64,000 nucleotides of DNA from Dehalococcoidia bacterium (GTDB taxonomy: Bacteria; Chloroflexota; Dehalococcoidia; Lucifugimonadales; JADFKI01), in assembly GCA_963422525.1 (NCBI GenBank), contig OY730226.1, positions 1,982,881-2,046,880 on the forward strand, in the 5' to 3' direction. How positions within the stretch are numbered: the stretch's first letter is position 1; every line of letters begins with the position of its first letter. Of this stretch, positions 19,058-28,785 are shown one piece after another. The translations under genes and the position numbers were made by a program. The notes below the pieces were generated by a model. It had not been told where the DNA came from, ran no database searches, and saw only the letters and a list, made by a program, of their open reading frames with translations.

Positions 19058-21106
19058 ATGGAAAAAACACTAGTCACCACCATCAAGGTCTTACTTGCCT
19101 TATCGCTTGCCATGCCTTTCGTCGTCATGGGTGGCTCATTGCCGGAGGCGTTGTACCCCTACATTCTAGGCAAGGCGTTGTATTTCCGTCTTGCCGTAGA
19201 AATCGCCTTTGCCGCTTGGCTCTTCCTCATCATCCGCTTTCCGGAGTACCGCCTCCCTAGTTCCTGGCTCCTACTCGCCATCGTCGCATATCTTGTTGTC
19301 GCACTTGCGGCATCCTTCGCCGGCGTCAGCATCTCGCGCAGCATATGGTCAAACTACGAGCGCATGCAGGGGTGGATCTCCCTCGCGCACTACACCGCTT
19401 TCGCTCTAATGCTCGCCTCCGTCTTGCGCACCTTCCGACATTGGCAGGGCGTCCTCAACATCAATCTCCTTGCCAGCTTCGGCGTGGGTTTGCTTAGCAT
19501 TTACAGCATTTCAACCGGGAGCGAATCGCGCATTAGCGTCACCTTTGGGAACCCGTCTTTTCTGGCGACCTACGTCCTAGTCAACGCTTTTATCGCCGCC
19601 GCTTTTCTTGCGCATTCACTTGTGGCGCCCCGTGAACAGCCGACGCGAAGGTCAAGGTCAAGATCCCGGGCGCGGCGCAACTCGCCTAATATACTTTCTC
19701 GAACGCTTATGCGCTCATTCTGGGTGGCGGTACTGTGTCTTAACCTGCTGGCGCTGAACTACACCGGAACCAGGGGAGCGACGGTAGGGCTTGTAGCCGG
19801 AATAGTCTGTGTCCTAGTCGGCTGCGTTGTATGGGGTGAGAGACGGTACTTGAGGCTAGCCTGCGCGTCGACGCTCATCGGCATTCTAGCGCTTGGAGCG
19901 GCGACCCTCTTGCTGATAGGCAGCCCGATACTGGACAGGTTAGGGCAGTTCAGCCCGACGTTGCAGCGCGCCATAGACATCACGCCGGAAACCTTCTCGT
20001 TACGAAGCAGGATAGACTCCGCCGAGATTGGCTTGGAAGCGTTCGGCGCCAAGCCTTTATTAGGCTGGGGACCAGAGAACTACTACGCCGCCTACGACAG
20101 ATACATCGACGGCAAGGCCGTCCTCAATCTTGAACGATTCGACCAAGCGCATAACCGCATCGTGGAGGAACTCGTTACAACCGGCGTCATCGGGCTCGCA
20201 ACGTACTTAGCGCTCTGGCTTTGCCTCGGATGGCTCTTCATCACCAAAACTCGAAGGCTTCCTCTCCATGGCCGTCTGTTCACGATAGTTATAGGCGGAG
20301 CATTTGTCGCATATTTCGTACAGAACCTATTCTTGTTCGATACTCCGACTGCCGCCGTGCAGATCTACCTGCTGATAGGATTCGCGATCTATCTGGGCAG
20401 CGTGCCCGCCGCATCCGCATTCGACGCCAAGTGGACGCCTCAGACCGCCATTCGTCCCCATGAGGGAGTCATCCGCCGCATCGAGACCGCAGTTACAGGA
20501 ACGACCATGTCCCAAGTAGCCGTCGCCGCCGTGATTGCCGTGCCTGCGCTCTGGTTATGCTATCTTCTGGTGGTCGCACCTTACATCGGTGCGACAAACA
20601 CATTCGCCGCACTCACCGGAGATCGAACGGCCGAAGAGCGATTCTCCGCCTACGATACGGCGGTATCCACTTCGCCGGGATACGCAAACGAAACCGTGCG
20701 CCTCTTCATTAACTTCGTCATCGACCACCGAGAAAGCCTGTCTTTCGACGAGCGAGCGACTGCCATCGAGATGACAAGACGCGATGTCGCAGCCGGACTA
20801 CAAAGAGAACCTTTGGAGTGGAGGTTCCATATGTCGATGGCGCAGCTCTACAACCGAGAATCGGGAAGATCCCCCGAACTCGTGCGCCTAGCGCGACAGC
20901 ATACCGACGCAGCGGCGGCGATTGCTCCCGGACGCATCGAGGTGCTGCAACTCAAGGTGCAACAACATATCTATGAAGGCAATGCGGAAGCGGCAGTCAA
21001 TCTGATAGACCACTACTTTGAGGAGTCTGAACATTTTCTTGAAAAGGACTCCACAGTCTATCGTCGCCTCGAGAAGATGCGCAAACTCATCGTCGAGGAA
21101 CAATAA
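19058..21106 (+). CDS. O-antigen ligase/polymerase (Wzy_C) family membrane protein with soluble helical-repeat C-terminal domain
   Basis: More than 10 TM helices. AHNRIVEELVTTGVIGL matches the Wzy_C signature (H-N..e.l.e.G..G). The C-terminal ~200 aa are helical/TPR-like. Confidence 0.7.
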   Translation: MEKTLVTTIKVLLALSLAMPFVVMGGSLPEALYPYILGKALYFRLAVEIAFAAWLFLIIRFPEYRLPSSWLLLAIVAYLVVALAASFAGVSISRSIWSNYERMQGWISLAHYTAFALMLASVLRTFRHWQGVLNINLLASFGVGLLSIYSISTGSESRISVTFGNPSFLATYVLVNAFIAAAFLAHSLVAPREQPTRRSRSRSRARRNSPNILSRTLMRSFWVAVLCLNLLALNYTGTRGATVGLVAGIVCVLVGCVVWGERRYLRLACASTLIGILALGAATLLLIGSPILDRLGQFSPTLQRAIDITPETFSLRSRIDSAEIGLEAFGAKPLLGWGPENYYAAYDRYIDGKAVLNLERFDQAHNRIVEELVTTGVIGLATYLALWLCLGWLFITKTRRLPLHGRLFTIVIGGAFVAYFVQNLFLFDTPTAAVQIYLLIGFAIYLGSVPAASAFDAKWTPQTAIRPHEGVIRRIETAVTGTTMSQVAVAAVIAVPALWLCYLLVVAPYIGATNTFAALTGDRTAEERFSAYDTAVSTSPGYANETVRLFINFVIDHRESLSFDERATAIEMTRRDVAAGLQREPLEWRFHMSMAQLYNRESGRSPELVRLARQHTDAAAAIAPGRIEVLQLKVQQHIYEGNAEAAVNLIDHYFEESEHFLEKDSTVYRRLEKMRKLIVEEQ

Positions 21107-21777
21107 TGCAACGACTAAAACGGATCAACGAAATGCCCGCATACAAACGCCCATACGACGTATCCCTCATCATAATCTGCGGCATCATCGGATTACCGTT
21201 CTGGCTGCCTCTTTGCCTGCTCGCCACCATTGCGATATGGCTGAACGACAGAGGTCCGATCCTCTACACGCAAGAAAGACTGAGCAAGGACGGGCAGCGC
21301 TTTCGCATCATAAAGTTCCGCACCATGGTTCAGGACGCCGAAAAGGAGACCGGACCGGTGTGGGCGGTACGGAACGACCCACGCATCACGCGCACAGGAA
21401 GGCTGCTGCGCCCCATACATCTTGATGAGCTGCCCCAGGTCATCAATGTCCTGCGCGGCGAGATGAGTTTGGTGGGTCCTCGACCGGAGCGCCCCGAACT
21501 GACGGAACGGTTCGAGAGGGATGTGCCCGGCTTCAAAGAGCGCCTGACCGTCCTGCCCGGCATAACGGGACTCGCCCATGTGCGTGGCAGCTACTGGACG
21601 CCGCCCCGCCAACAATTGCGCTACGACAATCTGTACATCAAGACGATGGGACCTGTGTTAGACACCAAAATCATCCTGATGGCAGTCGTCAGAGTGCTCA
21701 GCCGTTTTCTTCCCTCGAGCGAAGAGTCACCCACTCGCAGTAAAGCACGCAGTCGCCGCTCCGCATCTGCCGACTAA
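21106..21777 (+). CDS. undecaprenyl-phosphate sugar phosphotransferase (bacterial sugar transferase family)
   Basis: [43 protein letters not shown]. The start overlaps the previous stop. Confidence 0.9.
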   Translation: MQRLKRINEMPAYKRPYDVSLIIICGIIGLPFWLPLCLLATIAIWLNDRGPILYTQERLSKDGQRFRIIKFRTMVQDAEKETGPVWAVRNDPRITRTGRLLRPIHLDELPQVINVLRGEMSLVGPRPERPELTERFERDVPGFKERLTVLPGITGLAHVRGSYWTPPRQQLRYDNLYIKTMGPVLDTKIILMAVVRVLSRFLPSSEESPTRSKARSRRSASAD

Positions 21778-21866
21778 CGCTGACGAAAGAACATCTCCGA
21801 AGTTAGCGATCAGAAATGCAAGCGGGCGCCGGCATCGGCACAGCCCGCTGCGCTACTTCCTGAGTT

Positions 21867-23861
21867 CTACTTTCTGATGGATGCCGTCATGCCCCACCGC
21901 AGACGGGGGTCTGTCCCGCTCATACGAATTTCGGCTGCGTATATTACGGCGCCCTTAATCTCTTCACCAAATCGGCTGATGCGTGAAACCGTGCCCGACA
22001 TCTCTAACTCAGGCAGCGCGTCGAAGCTCACCATTACATTGTCGCCCTCCGATAGATTCACGACGCTGAGTTCGTCCAAGTCAACAGTGCGCAACTCCCA
22101 TTCGGATGTGTCGGCAAGGCTCATCACGATCTGACGAGCGTTCACCTCTTCGCCCACATCGACGTTAAGCGCCGCAACGATACCGGCGAAGGGCGCACGC
22201 AGCTCCGAGTCTTCGAGCGCGATGCGCGCGGCATCCAGGCTAACATGCACCACCGCAATTTTGGCTTCGGCGGCGGCGATGCGCGCCGCTCTGCGCTCCT
22301 CATCCAGAGGGTCCCTGCCCGCTTCTAACTTCGCAACTTGCAGCTCTGCGTCTTCAAGCTGCTGCTTCGCGAGCGCGATCTCCCGGGCATCGGGCGAAAT
22401 AGCCGCAAGCGCAGCCTTGGCGGTTACGATGTTCGCCTCAGCCTGTGCGACTTCGATAGCATCAGGAGACGCCATCAAGGCTTCCAGCCCGGCATTAGCG
22501 GCGGCGATGTCGGACCGGATGCTGGCGGCGTCCATCTCCTGTTTGCCGTCCTGCAATATCTCCAGGGCGCGCTCGGCATCCTCAAGTTTCTGCTGCGCTT
22601 GCACGACGGCATTCTCTGCCACCGCCACAGCATTAGCGCTTTTGAGCTGCGTGGACTGCATAGCCTCTTGCGCGGCTGCGAGCGCGCTCCATGCGTCATT
22701 GTAGTCCCGATCTATGCAGTGGAAGCCTCGAGGCAGATTAACGCCTTCGCAGGTAGCGAACACACTGCTTGGGGTTGGGTGAAGGCTTAGCCAGCCGAAT
22801 ATTTTCAACTCATCCCAGCGCGTAGCGGGGTTATCTTCGAGCGTTTGGTTCGGAAAGGACTGGTTCTTGCGATCGAAGAGAGTTTCCAAATCGACGCCCC
22901 ATGCCTCAAAGAGTGTGTCAGGGTCTTGAAGCAACTCATCATCAGTCAGGTCGACGCCCATATACATCTTGTGCACCTGACGCCACTCGAACACAGCGTC
23001 ATCGTACACATCTACGGCATTCCTGTCGGCCTCCTCCGCCTTCAATTGAGCGACCTCGAGGAGCCTATTAGAGTTCTGCAACAAAGCGCCGGCGACTGCC
23101 ACAGCATCCTCAGCGTCGCCAATAAGCATATCCTTATTCTCTGCGTCTTCCAGCGCAATCTCAAGATTAAAGATTGCGAAGCGAATGTCGGCAATCTGCT
23201 TATCGCGCGTAACCTTACTGGCAATGCTTGCGGGCGTCTCCGCAATGTCGCGGGCGCTCGCAACTCCCAACAGAATTAGCAATTTCTCTTCGGATTGACG
23301 CACAAGGCGCTCGGCGTCAGCGACAGATTCGGCGTATTCTGCCTCTAGGACTGCGCCGTCCGCGCTCACGGATGCGCCGGGGAGGAGGTTTGCGCCGGAG
23401 AGGTGCAGGAAGCGCTCTTTCGCCGCTTGCGCTGCCAAGCGTGCCTGTTCAAGTTTGCCGGGGCGGGATTCGTCGTCCAGTTCGCGCTCTTTCTCTATCG
23501 CAAGATTGAGGGTATCAAGGTCTGCCTGGGCGCTTGCAAGCGCAGCCTCGGCCTTCTGAACCGCAATCGCCGCATCGGTATCGTCCAAGCGGACAAGCAG
23601 CTGCCCTTCCTCTACGGCGTCGTTCTCCCTGACCAGTACATTGCTGACGATACCCTGTCTTGGCATGCCCAAGTCGGCGCTCTGTATCGGTATGACGACC
23701 GCGTCGGCACGCACCACAGGCGCGACGCTCGCCGATACTGAGGGCACGCCGGCAGCGCCGTCGTCCCCATCATCGTCGCGTACCATGAAGTACACCACAG
23801 CCCCTATCACAATCGCGGCGACTATGACGACTCCAATAATTCCCGCAACCAGCTTATTCAA
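21867..23861 (-). CDS. HlyD/periplasmic-adaptor family protein with very long coiled coil
   Basis: N-terminal TM anchor, lipoyl-like halves (GIVSNVLVRENDAVEEGQLLVRLDD; ELRAPFAGIVAALNVDVGEEV) separated by ~430 aa of Ala/Glu/Leu-rich coiled coil, and a C-terminal beta-barrel. No cognate ABC/RND pump is adjacent. Confidence 0.65.
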   Translation of the reverse strand: MNKLVAGIIGVVIVAAIVIGAVVYFMVRDDDGDDGAAGVPSVSASVAPVVRADAVVIPIQSADLGMPRQGIVSNVLVRENDAVEEGQLLVRLDDTDAAIAVQKAEAALASAQADLDTLNLAIEKERELDDESRPGKLEQARLAAQAAKERFLHLSGANLLPGASVSADGAVLEAEYAESVADAERLVRQSEEKLLILLGVASARDIAETPASIASKVTRDKQIADIRFAIFNLEIALEDAENKDMLIGDAEDAVAVAGALLQNSNRLLEVAQLKAEEADRNAVDVYDDAVFEWRQVHKMYMGVDLTDDELLQDPDTLFEAWGVDLETLFDRKNQSFPNQTLEDNPATRWDELKIFGWLSLHPTPSSVFATCEGVNLPRGFHCIDRDYNDAWSALAAAQEAMQSTQLKSANAVAVAENAVVQAQQKLEDAERALEILQDGKQEMDAASIRSDIAAANAGLEALMASPDAIEVAQAEANIVTAKAALAAISPDAREIALAKQQLEDAELQVAKLEAGRDPLDEERRAARIAAAEAKIAVVHVSLDAARIALEDSELRAPFAGIVAALNVDVGEEVNARQIVMSLADTSEWELRTVDLDELSVVNLSEGDNVMVSFDALPELEMSGTVSRISRFGEEIKGAVIYAAEIRMSGTDPRLRWGMTASIRK

Positions 23862-24200
23862 TCGATTCTCCTTCCAATGCGCCGACGAAGAGCGCCTTCA
23901 GCGGCAGCCTACCCAAAAGGTGGATTCGGCAAAACTCGCATAAGCCATCTTCCCAAAGCGCAAGAGGCAGTTCCATTCGTCAATCTTACGACTGCAACAG
24001 CATTGAGGGCAAGCGAATATATGAACCCTGAACACTGAATTTCGGGACTGGGGATGAAGGGAGCTGCATGGATGAACAGAATTTATGGGATGGGGAAGGA
24101 TATTGTCATGCCCCGATAGTGGCAAGACAATTGCAGACGTCCTATAATTGCAACCAAGTATAGACGCAGACGACAGGCGGCGTTGACAAGAGGGAGCGAC

Positions 24201-24965
24201 ATGGCGGGTAAAATCGACTTCAACTGCGACATGGGCGAGAGTTTCGGGATGTACAAGATGGGCTTCGACGAGGAGGTCATCAAGCACATCACATCTGCCA
24301 ACATCGCTTGCGGGTTTCACGCCGGAGATCCAATGTGGATGCGCCACACGGTGAATTTGGCCGAACGGCACGGCGTAGCCATTGGAGCGCATCCGAGCTT
24401 TCCGGACCTGAACGGCTTTGGGCGGCGTAACATGGTCGTGTCGCCCGACGAAGCAAAGAACGATGTTACATATCAGGTCGGCGCGCTCCAAGCCTTCACC
24501 GCCGACAAGAAGATCCAGCATGTCAAGCCGCATGGCGCGATGTATAACATGGCAGTGAACGACGAGTCTTTGGCGCAAGCCATATGCGAGGCCATACTGG
24601 AACTGGACCCTCAGACGATCCTTGTTGCCCTTGCAGGTTCGCGCTGGATAGAAATTGCCGAAGATATGGGATTGAAGGTTGCGCGTGAAATTTTCGCCGA
24701 CCGCGCTCTAAATGCGGACGGCACGCTCGTCTCCCGATCGCAGCCCGGCTCCGTCATTCACGACACCGGCGAAGTCGTCGAGCGCAGCATACAGATGGTT
24801 ACTCAGGGCGTGGCAACAGCTATCAGCGGCGAACGCATAGAGGTGCAAGCCGATAGCCTCTGCCTGCACGGCGACACGCCCGGCGCAGTAGATATGGCGG
24901 CTGCGCTCAAGCGCGAACTCGAGAGCGCCGGCGTCGAAATCCTTTCTCTAAACAAGATGCTCTGA
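24201..24965 (+). CDS. pxpA: 5-oxoprolinase subunit A (LamB/YcsF family)
   Basis: IDFNCDMGESFG, ACGFHAGDP, KPHGAMYN. GGGAG SD upstream of the ATG at 24201. Confidence 0.9.
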   Translation: MAGKIDFNCDMGESFGMYKMGFDEEVIKHITSANIACGFHAGDPMWMRHTVNLAERHGVAIGAHPSFPDLNGFGRRNMVVSPDEAKNDVTYQVGALQAFTADKKIQHVKPHGAMYNMAVNDESLAQAICEAILELDPQTILVALAGSRWIEIAEDMGLKVAREIFADRALNADGTLVSRSQPGSVIHDTGEVVERSIQMVTQGVATAISGERIEVQADSLCLHGDTPGAVDMAAALKRELESAGVEILSLNKML

Positions 24966-25696
24966 TGTACGACATACCTCTCTTCTTGCCTGCCGGCGAC
25001 ACCGCGCTTGTCGTCGAATTTGGCGACGCCATCAGCCCGGAGGTGAACCGCAAGGTGCGCAGCCTGAGCGACGCACTCGAATTGCGCAGCGTCACCGGTG
25101 TGTTCGACTTTCTGCCCACTTATCGCTCCGTACTTGTCTATTACGACCCGCTCGAAATCACCGCAGCAGAATTGCAAGATGGCATTGAGGGACTCTTACA
25201 GGATGCTGACGAGATTAGTATCGCCAGCCGTCGAGTTGTGCATATCCCTACATTATATGGCGGCAAGATGGGAGTCGACATCGGTTTCGTGGCGCAGCAC
25301 GCCGGCATCGATGAGCAGGAAGTGGTCAGGATTCACAGCGGCACGGACTATCTGGTGTACATGATGGGCTTTAGCCCCGGATTTGCGTATCTTGGCGGGC
25401 TTGACGAGCGACTGGCGACGCCGCGCCTCGAATCGCCTCGCACTGAAATCCCCGCTGGCGCAGTAGGCATAGCCGAGAGCCAGACCGGAGTGTACCCGAT
25501 GGTCAGCCCCGGCGGGTGGCAGCTGATTGGCAGAACACCGCTCAAACTTTTCGACTCGCAACGCGAACCGCCTGTACTTCTCAACGCAGGCGACTATGTT
25601 CGCTTCACGCCAATTGAAGCGCAGGCGGATTACGACGCCATATTGCGGCAGGTCGAAGCCGGCGAATACCGAATAACGGAAGAGGCGTTGCCATAA
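24965..25696 (+). CDS. pxpB: 5-oxoprolinase subunit B (KipI/allophanate hydrolase subunit 1 family)
   Basis: AGDTALVVEFGD.., GFSPGFAYLGGLD, TGVYPMVSPGGWQLIGRTP. Translationally coupled to pxpA. Confidence 0.9.
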   Translation: MYDIPLFLPAGDTALVVEFGDAISPEVNRKVRSLSDALELRSVTGVFDFLPTYRSVLVYYDPLEITAAELQDGIEGLLQDADEISIASRRVVHIPTLYGGKMGVDIGFVAQHAGIDEQEVVRIHSGTDYLVYMMGFSPGFAYLGGLDERLATPRLESPRTEIPAGAVGIAESQTGVYPMVSPGGWQLIGRTPLKLFDSQREPPVLLNAGDYVRFTPIEAQADYDAILRQVEAGEYRITEEALP

Positions 25697-26844
25697 TGAC
25701 ACGCCCTGCCGAAAGCAAGCCGACCCTAGAAGTCGTTCAGTCCGGCATGCTGTCCACTATTCAGGACAGGGGGCGCTACGGCTATCAGCGATTCGGCATG
25801 CCCACAGCCGGAGCGGTGGACGCCTTCGCCTTGCGCGCCGCGAATGCCCTGCTTGGAAATGAGGTTGGCGCAGCAGGCATAGAAGCCACCGTGCTGGGAC
25901 CGCGCCTCAAAGCGCTTGCGAATACTCGCCTCGCAATTACCGGGGCGGATGTTGCCCTGCTGCTGGACGGCGAACCGTTCCCGATGTGGCGGGCAGTGAG
26001 TGTGAAAGAGGGCAGCACACTTGAGTTTGGTCAGCCGCGCGAGGGCATGCGCGCCTACCTCGCCGTCGCCGGCGGCATCGACGTCCCCCTAGTCATGGGC
26101 AGCCGCGCAACCTACATGAAGGCTGGCATCGGCGGCTTGGCGGGCAGACAACTGCGCGCCGGCGACATTATCAACGCCTTTGACGCGGGTGCGAATGGCG
26201 GAAACGCGCATCTCCGTTTCCCTGATGAGGCGATCCCCAAGTACGGCAGCGAGCAAGAGGTTCGCGTCGTGCTTGGACCGCAGCATGCAGCATTTACGCA
26301 GGCGGGCATAGACACCTTCCTGAACTCGACCTACAGCGTCTCCATATACTCCGACCGCATGGGATACCGGCTAGAGGGCGAGCCGATAGAGCACGCAGAC
26401 GGCCCCGATGTTATATCGGACGGCACGCCGCTGGGCGCAATCCAAGTTCCGGGCAATGGTCAACCCATCATCCTACTTGCGGACCGAGGCACGACCGGCG
26501 GATACACAAAAATTGCGACAGTCATCAGCACGGACATAAGCAGGGTGGCGCAGGCGATGCCGGGCCACAGATTCAGGTTCAGAGCGGTATCGGTGGAAGC
26601 GGCGCAAGAGGCGTATCGCAGCCAAGAGGCGCTCTTGAACCGCGTCAGGCGCTCGGCAAGCCCGGCTGCGCGAATTGCCGTTGTTATGGACAGCAAGGTA
26701 TTTGATATACTGGACGCCGGTGGGGAACCTATCGCACTGCCAAGCAAAGATAATGCGACAGCAGATATGCCCACGCTTAGGGGCAAGACGTCCATCGGCA
26801 ATGTGGCATTCGAGTTCGAAATCAACATTAGACGGCTGAATTAG
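25696..26844 (+). CDS. pxpC: 5-oxoprolinase subunit C (KipA/allophanate hydrolase subunit 2 family) with ~60-aa C-terminal extension
   Basis: TIQDRGRYGYQRFGMPTAGAVD, SDRMGYRLEG, GTTGGYTKIATV. Confidence 0.9.
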   Translation: MTRPAESKPTLEVVQSGMLSTIQDRGRYGYQRFGMPTAGAVDAFALRAANALLGNEVGAAGIEATVLGPRLKALANTRLAITGADVALLLDGEPFPMWRAVSVKEGSTLEFGQPREGMRAYLAVAGGIDVPLVMGSRATYMKAGIGGLAGRQLRAGDIINAFDAGANGGNAHLRFPDEAIPKYGSEQEVRVVLGPQHAAFTQAGIDTFLNSTYSVSIYSDRMGYRLEGEPIEHADGPDVISDGTPLGAIQVPGNGQPIILLADRGTTGGYTKIATVISTDISRVAQAMPGHRFRFRAVSVEAAQEAYRSQEALLNRVRRSASPAARIAVVMDSKVFDILDAGGEPIALPSKDNATADMPTLRGKTSIGNVAFEFEINIRRLN

Positions 26845-26858
26845 GCGAGGAGCGGCAG

Positions 26859-27908
26859 ATGTCCAAGAGAATAGGCATATTCGGAGCAGGCGCGGCAGGC
26901 AGCTACATCGGCGCATTCCTGACACGCGAAGGGTACGATATAACGCTGATTGACATGTGGGGCGAGCATGTGGACAGGATGAACGACGGCGGGTTGCGAG
27001 CGTCCGGCAGCCAGGAGGACTTCACCATTCCGGTCAACGCGGTTCATCTGGCGGACGCATGGCAACTCGATAAACCGTTCGACATCATCTTCCTTGCCAT
27101 GAAGTCATACGATACGGAATGGTCAAGTCACTTCATCAAGCGCCTGCTTGCCGCGGACGGCGTCGTGGTGAACAGCCAGAACTGCATGAATGACCGGCTC
27201 ACTGCGTCCATCGTAGGCTACGAACGGCAGGTAGGTTGCGTCATGTCCAGCATCACCGTGGCGCTGTGGGAGCCGGCGCATGTTACGCGGGGCGGTACGC
27301 CGGGACGCGACCGGGGCCACGATGTGTTTCGCGTCGGCGAACTGCACGGCAGAATCACGCCGCGCGTGGAAGAGATTGCGGAGATGCTAAGCTGCATAGA
27401 CGGCTCGCGCGCCACTTCCAATATCTGGGGAGAACGCTGGTCAAAACTGACCACGAACTCCATCGGGAATCCTGTGGGCGCTATGACCGGGCTGGGGTCG
27501 CAAAGCTACGCCGAGAACCCGCGCGCGCGGCTGATACAGATTCAGATTGCCAAGGAATCGGCGCAGGTTGGGCTTGCGCTGAACTACGATATTGAGAAAA
27601 TCAGTGGGGTCGCGGCAGAGACCTGGGCAAAGGCTGACCAAGGCGACATATACGAAGAGATGGACGGCATATTGCAGCCAAAGCCGGGCGCCTCGGACTG
27701 GAAGTCGTCTATGGCGCAGGATGTGGCGAAGGGGCGGCGCACTGAGGCAACGTTCATGAACGGCTACATAGTCGCGCGAGGGCGCGATGCAGGCGTGCAC
27801 ACCCCGGTCAACGCCGCCATCGTTGCGGTGATGCAGGGCATTGACAGTGGCGAGATAACGCCGGACCCCGCAAATGTGGAGCGCGTGCTGGGCATAGCCG
27901 GGTTGTAG
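26859..27908 (+). CDS. 2-dehydropantoate 2-reductase family oxidoreductase
   Basis: IGIFGAGAAGSYIGAFL Rossmann motif and an ApbA/PanE-like C-terminal helical domain. Confidence 0.75.
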   Translation: MSKRIGIFGAGAAGSYIGAFLTREGYDITLIDMWGEHVDRMNDGGLRASGSQEDFTIPVNAVHLADAWQLDKPFDIIFLAMKSYDTEWSSHFIKRLLAADGVVVNSQNCMNDRLTASIVGYERQVGCVMSSITVALWEPAHVTRGGTPGRDRGHDVFRVGELHGRITPRVEEIAEMLSCIDGSRATSNIWGERWSKLTTNSIGNPVGAMTGLGSQSYAENPRARLIQIQIAKESAQVGLALNYDIEKISGVAAETWAKADQGDIYEEMDGILQPKPGASDWKSSMAQDVAKGRRTEATFMNGYIVARGRDAGVHTPVNAAIVAVMQGIDSGEITPDPANVERVLGIAGL

Positions 27909-28098
27909 GGTGTGGCATACATGAGCAAGCGCAATATCCTGTCCTTATCCTTACCCTACAGCGTTCTCCTATTTGGGCGGTCTAGCTCTTCACACTCAGG
28001 CTCCTTCGACACGCTCAGGGTGAGATTCTAGCCATCCTCCATTAATGGAGAACGAGGGATATATTTCCGCTTTAGCGCAAATAACGCGCTTCTGATAC

Positions 28099-28713
28099 AT
28101 GATTGAACTACTACACAACTTAGCTGCTTTGCTCGGGGAGTTCGCTGAAAACGAATGGGAATGGGTAATCGTAGTTCTATTCGCCGTCAGCTTCACAGAG
28201 TCGATAATCTCACCCTTTCCTCCCGATCCCATACTAGTAGCGGCAGCGATATTCAACCCCGATATGACGCTGATTTTCGCATCCGTCGTAACCGTTGCAT
28301 CGGTGGCGGGCGCGCTGATGGGCCATTGGATTGGCAAGCGTTTCGGCAGACCCATCCTCCGCAAGTTCGTATCGGCGAAGAATGTAGAACGAGTTGAAGA
28401 ACTGTTCCGAAATTACGGAGCATGGGCTATCGTGTTCGCCGCGGTTACGCCCGTGCCGTACAAAGTCTTCGCTATAACCGCGGGCGCGATAGACATGGAC
28501 AGAAAGCCGTTCATACTGGCTTCGCTGGTCGGCAGAGGCGCGCGAATGTTTATCTGGGCGGGGCTGGTAATTGTCTTCGGAAAAGACGCGCTGGCGTTGC
28601 TGGAAACCAGAGGACTGATTTTAGGCGTTGGGTTCGGCGTAGCGGTCATCGCGGCATTCGCCCTATATCTGCTGATTGCCCACTTGCGCCGCCGCGCCGC
28701 CAAATCTACATAG
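28099..28713 (+). CDS. YqaA/DedA-type (SNARE-associated) membrane protein
   Basis: FTESIISPFPPDPILV motif, GHWIGKRFGRP, and multiple TM helices. Confidence 0.75.
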   Translation: MIELLHNLAALLGEFAENEWEWVIVVLFAVSFTESIISPFPPDPILVAAAIFNPDMTLIFASVVTVASVAGALMGHWIGKRFGRPILRKFVSAKNVERVEELFRNYGAWAIVFAAVTPVPYKVFAITAGAIDMDRKPFILASLVGRGARMFIWAGLVIVFGKDALALLETRGLILGVGFGVAVIAAFALYLLIAHLRRRAAKST

Positions 28714-28785
28714 CGGACGGGACGGGGCTGACATGGATAGACAGGACGGGCAGGATTGTAAGTTTTCGGTTAGAAGCCAAGGGCT

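Noticed and set aside
18811-19128. 105-aa minus-strand ORF overlapping the tRNA-Thr gene
   Set aside because: It is antisense to a well-folded tRNA (the ..WTRTTDLLFTKQLLYRLSYVGS.. stretch is a typical tRNA shadow translation) and is not a real gene.
27985-28035. Short element CAGGCTCCTTCGACACGCTCAGGGTGAGATTCTAG between panE-like and yqaA-like genes, translating as ..SHPERVEGA on the minus strand
   Set aside because: It resembles a widespread short interspersed (REP-like) element also hinted at 13921-13950 and 16851-16875. It is too short and degenerate for any functional claim from one window.
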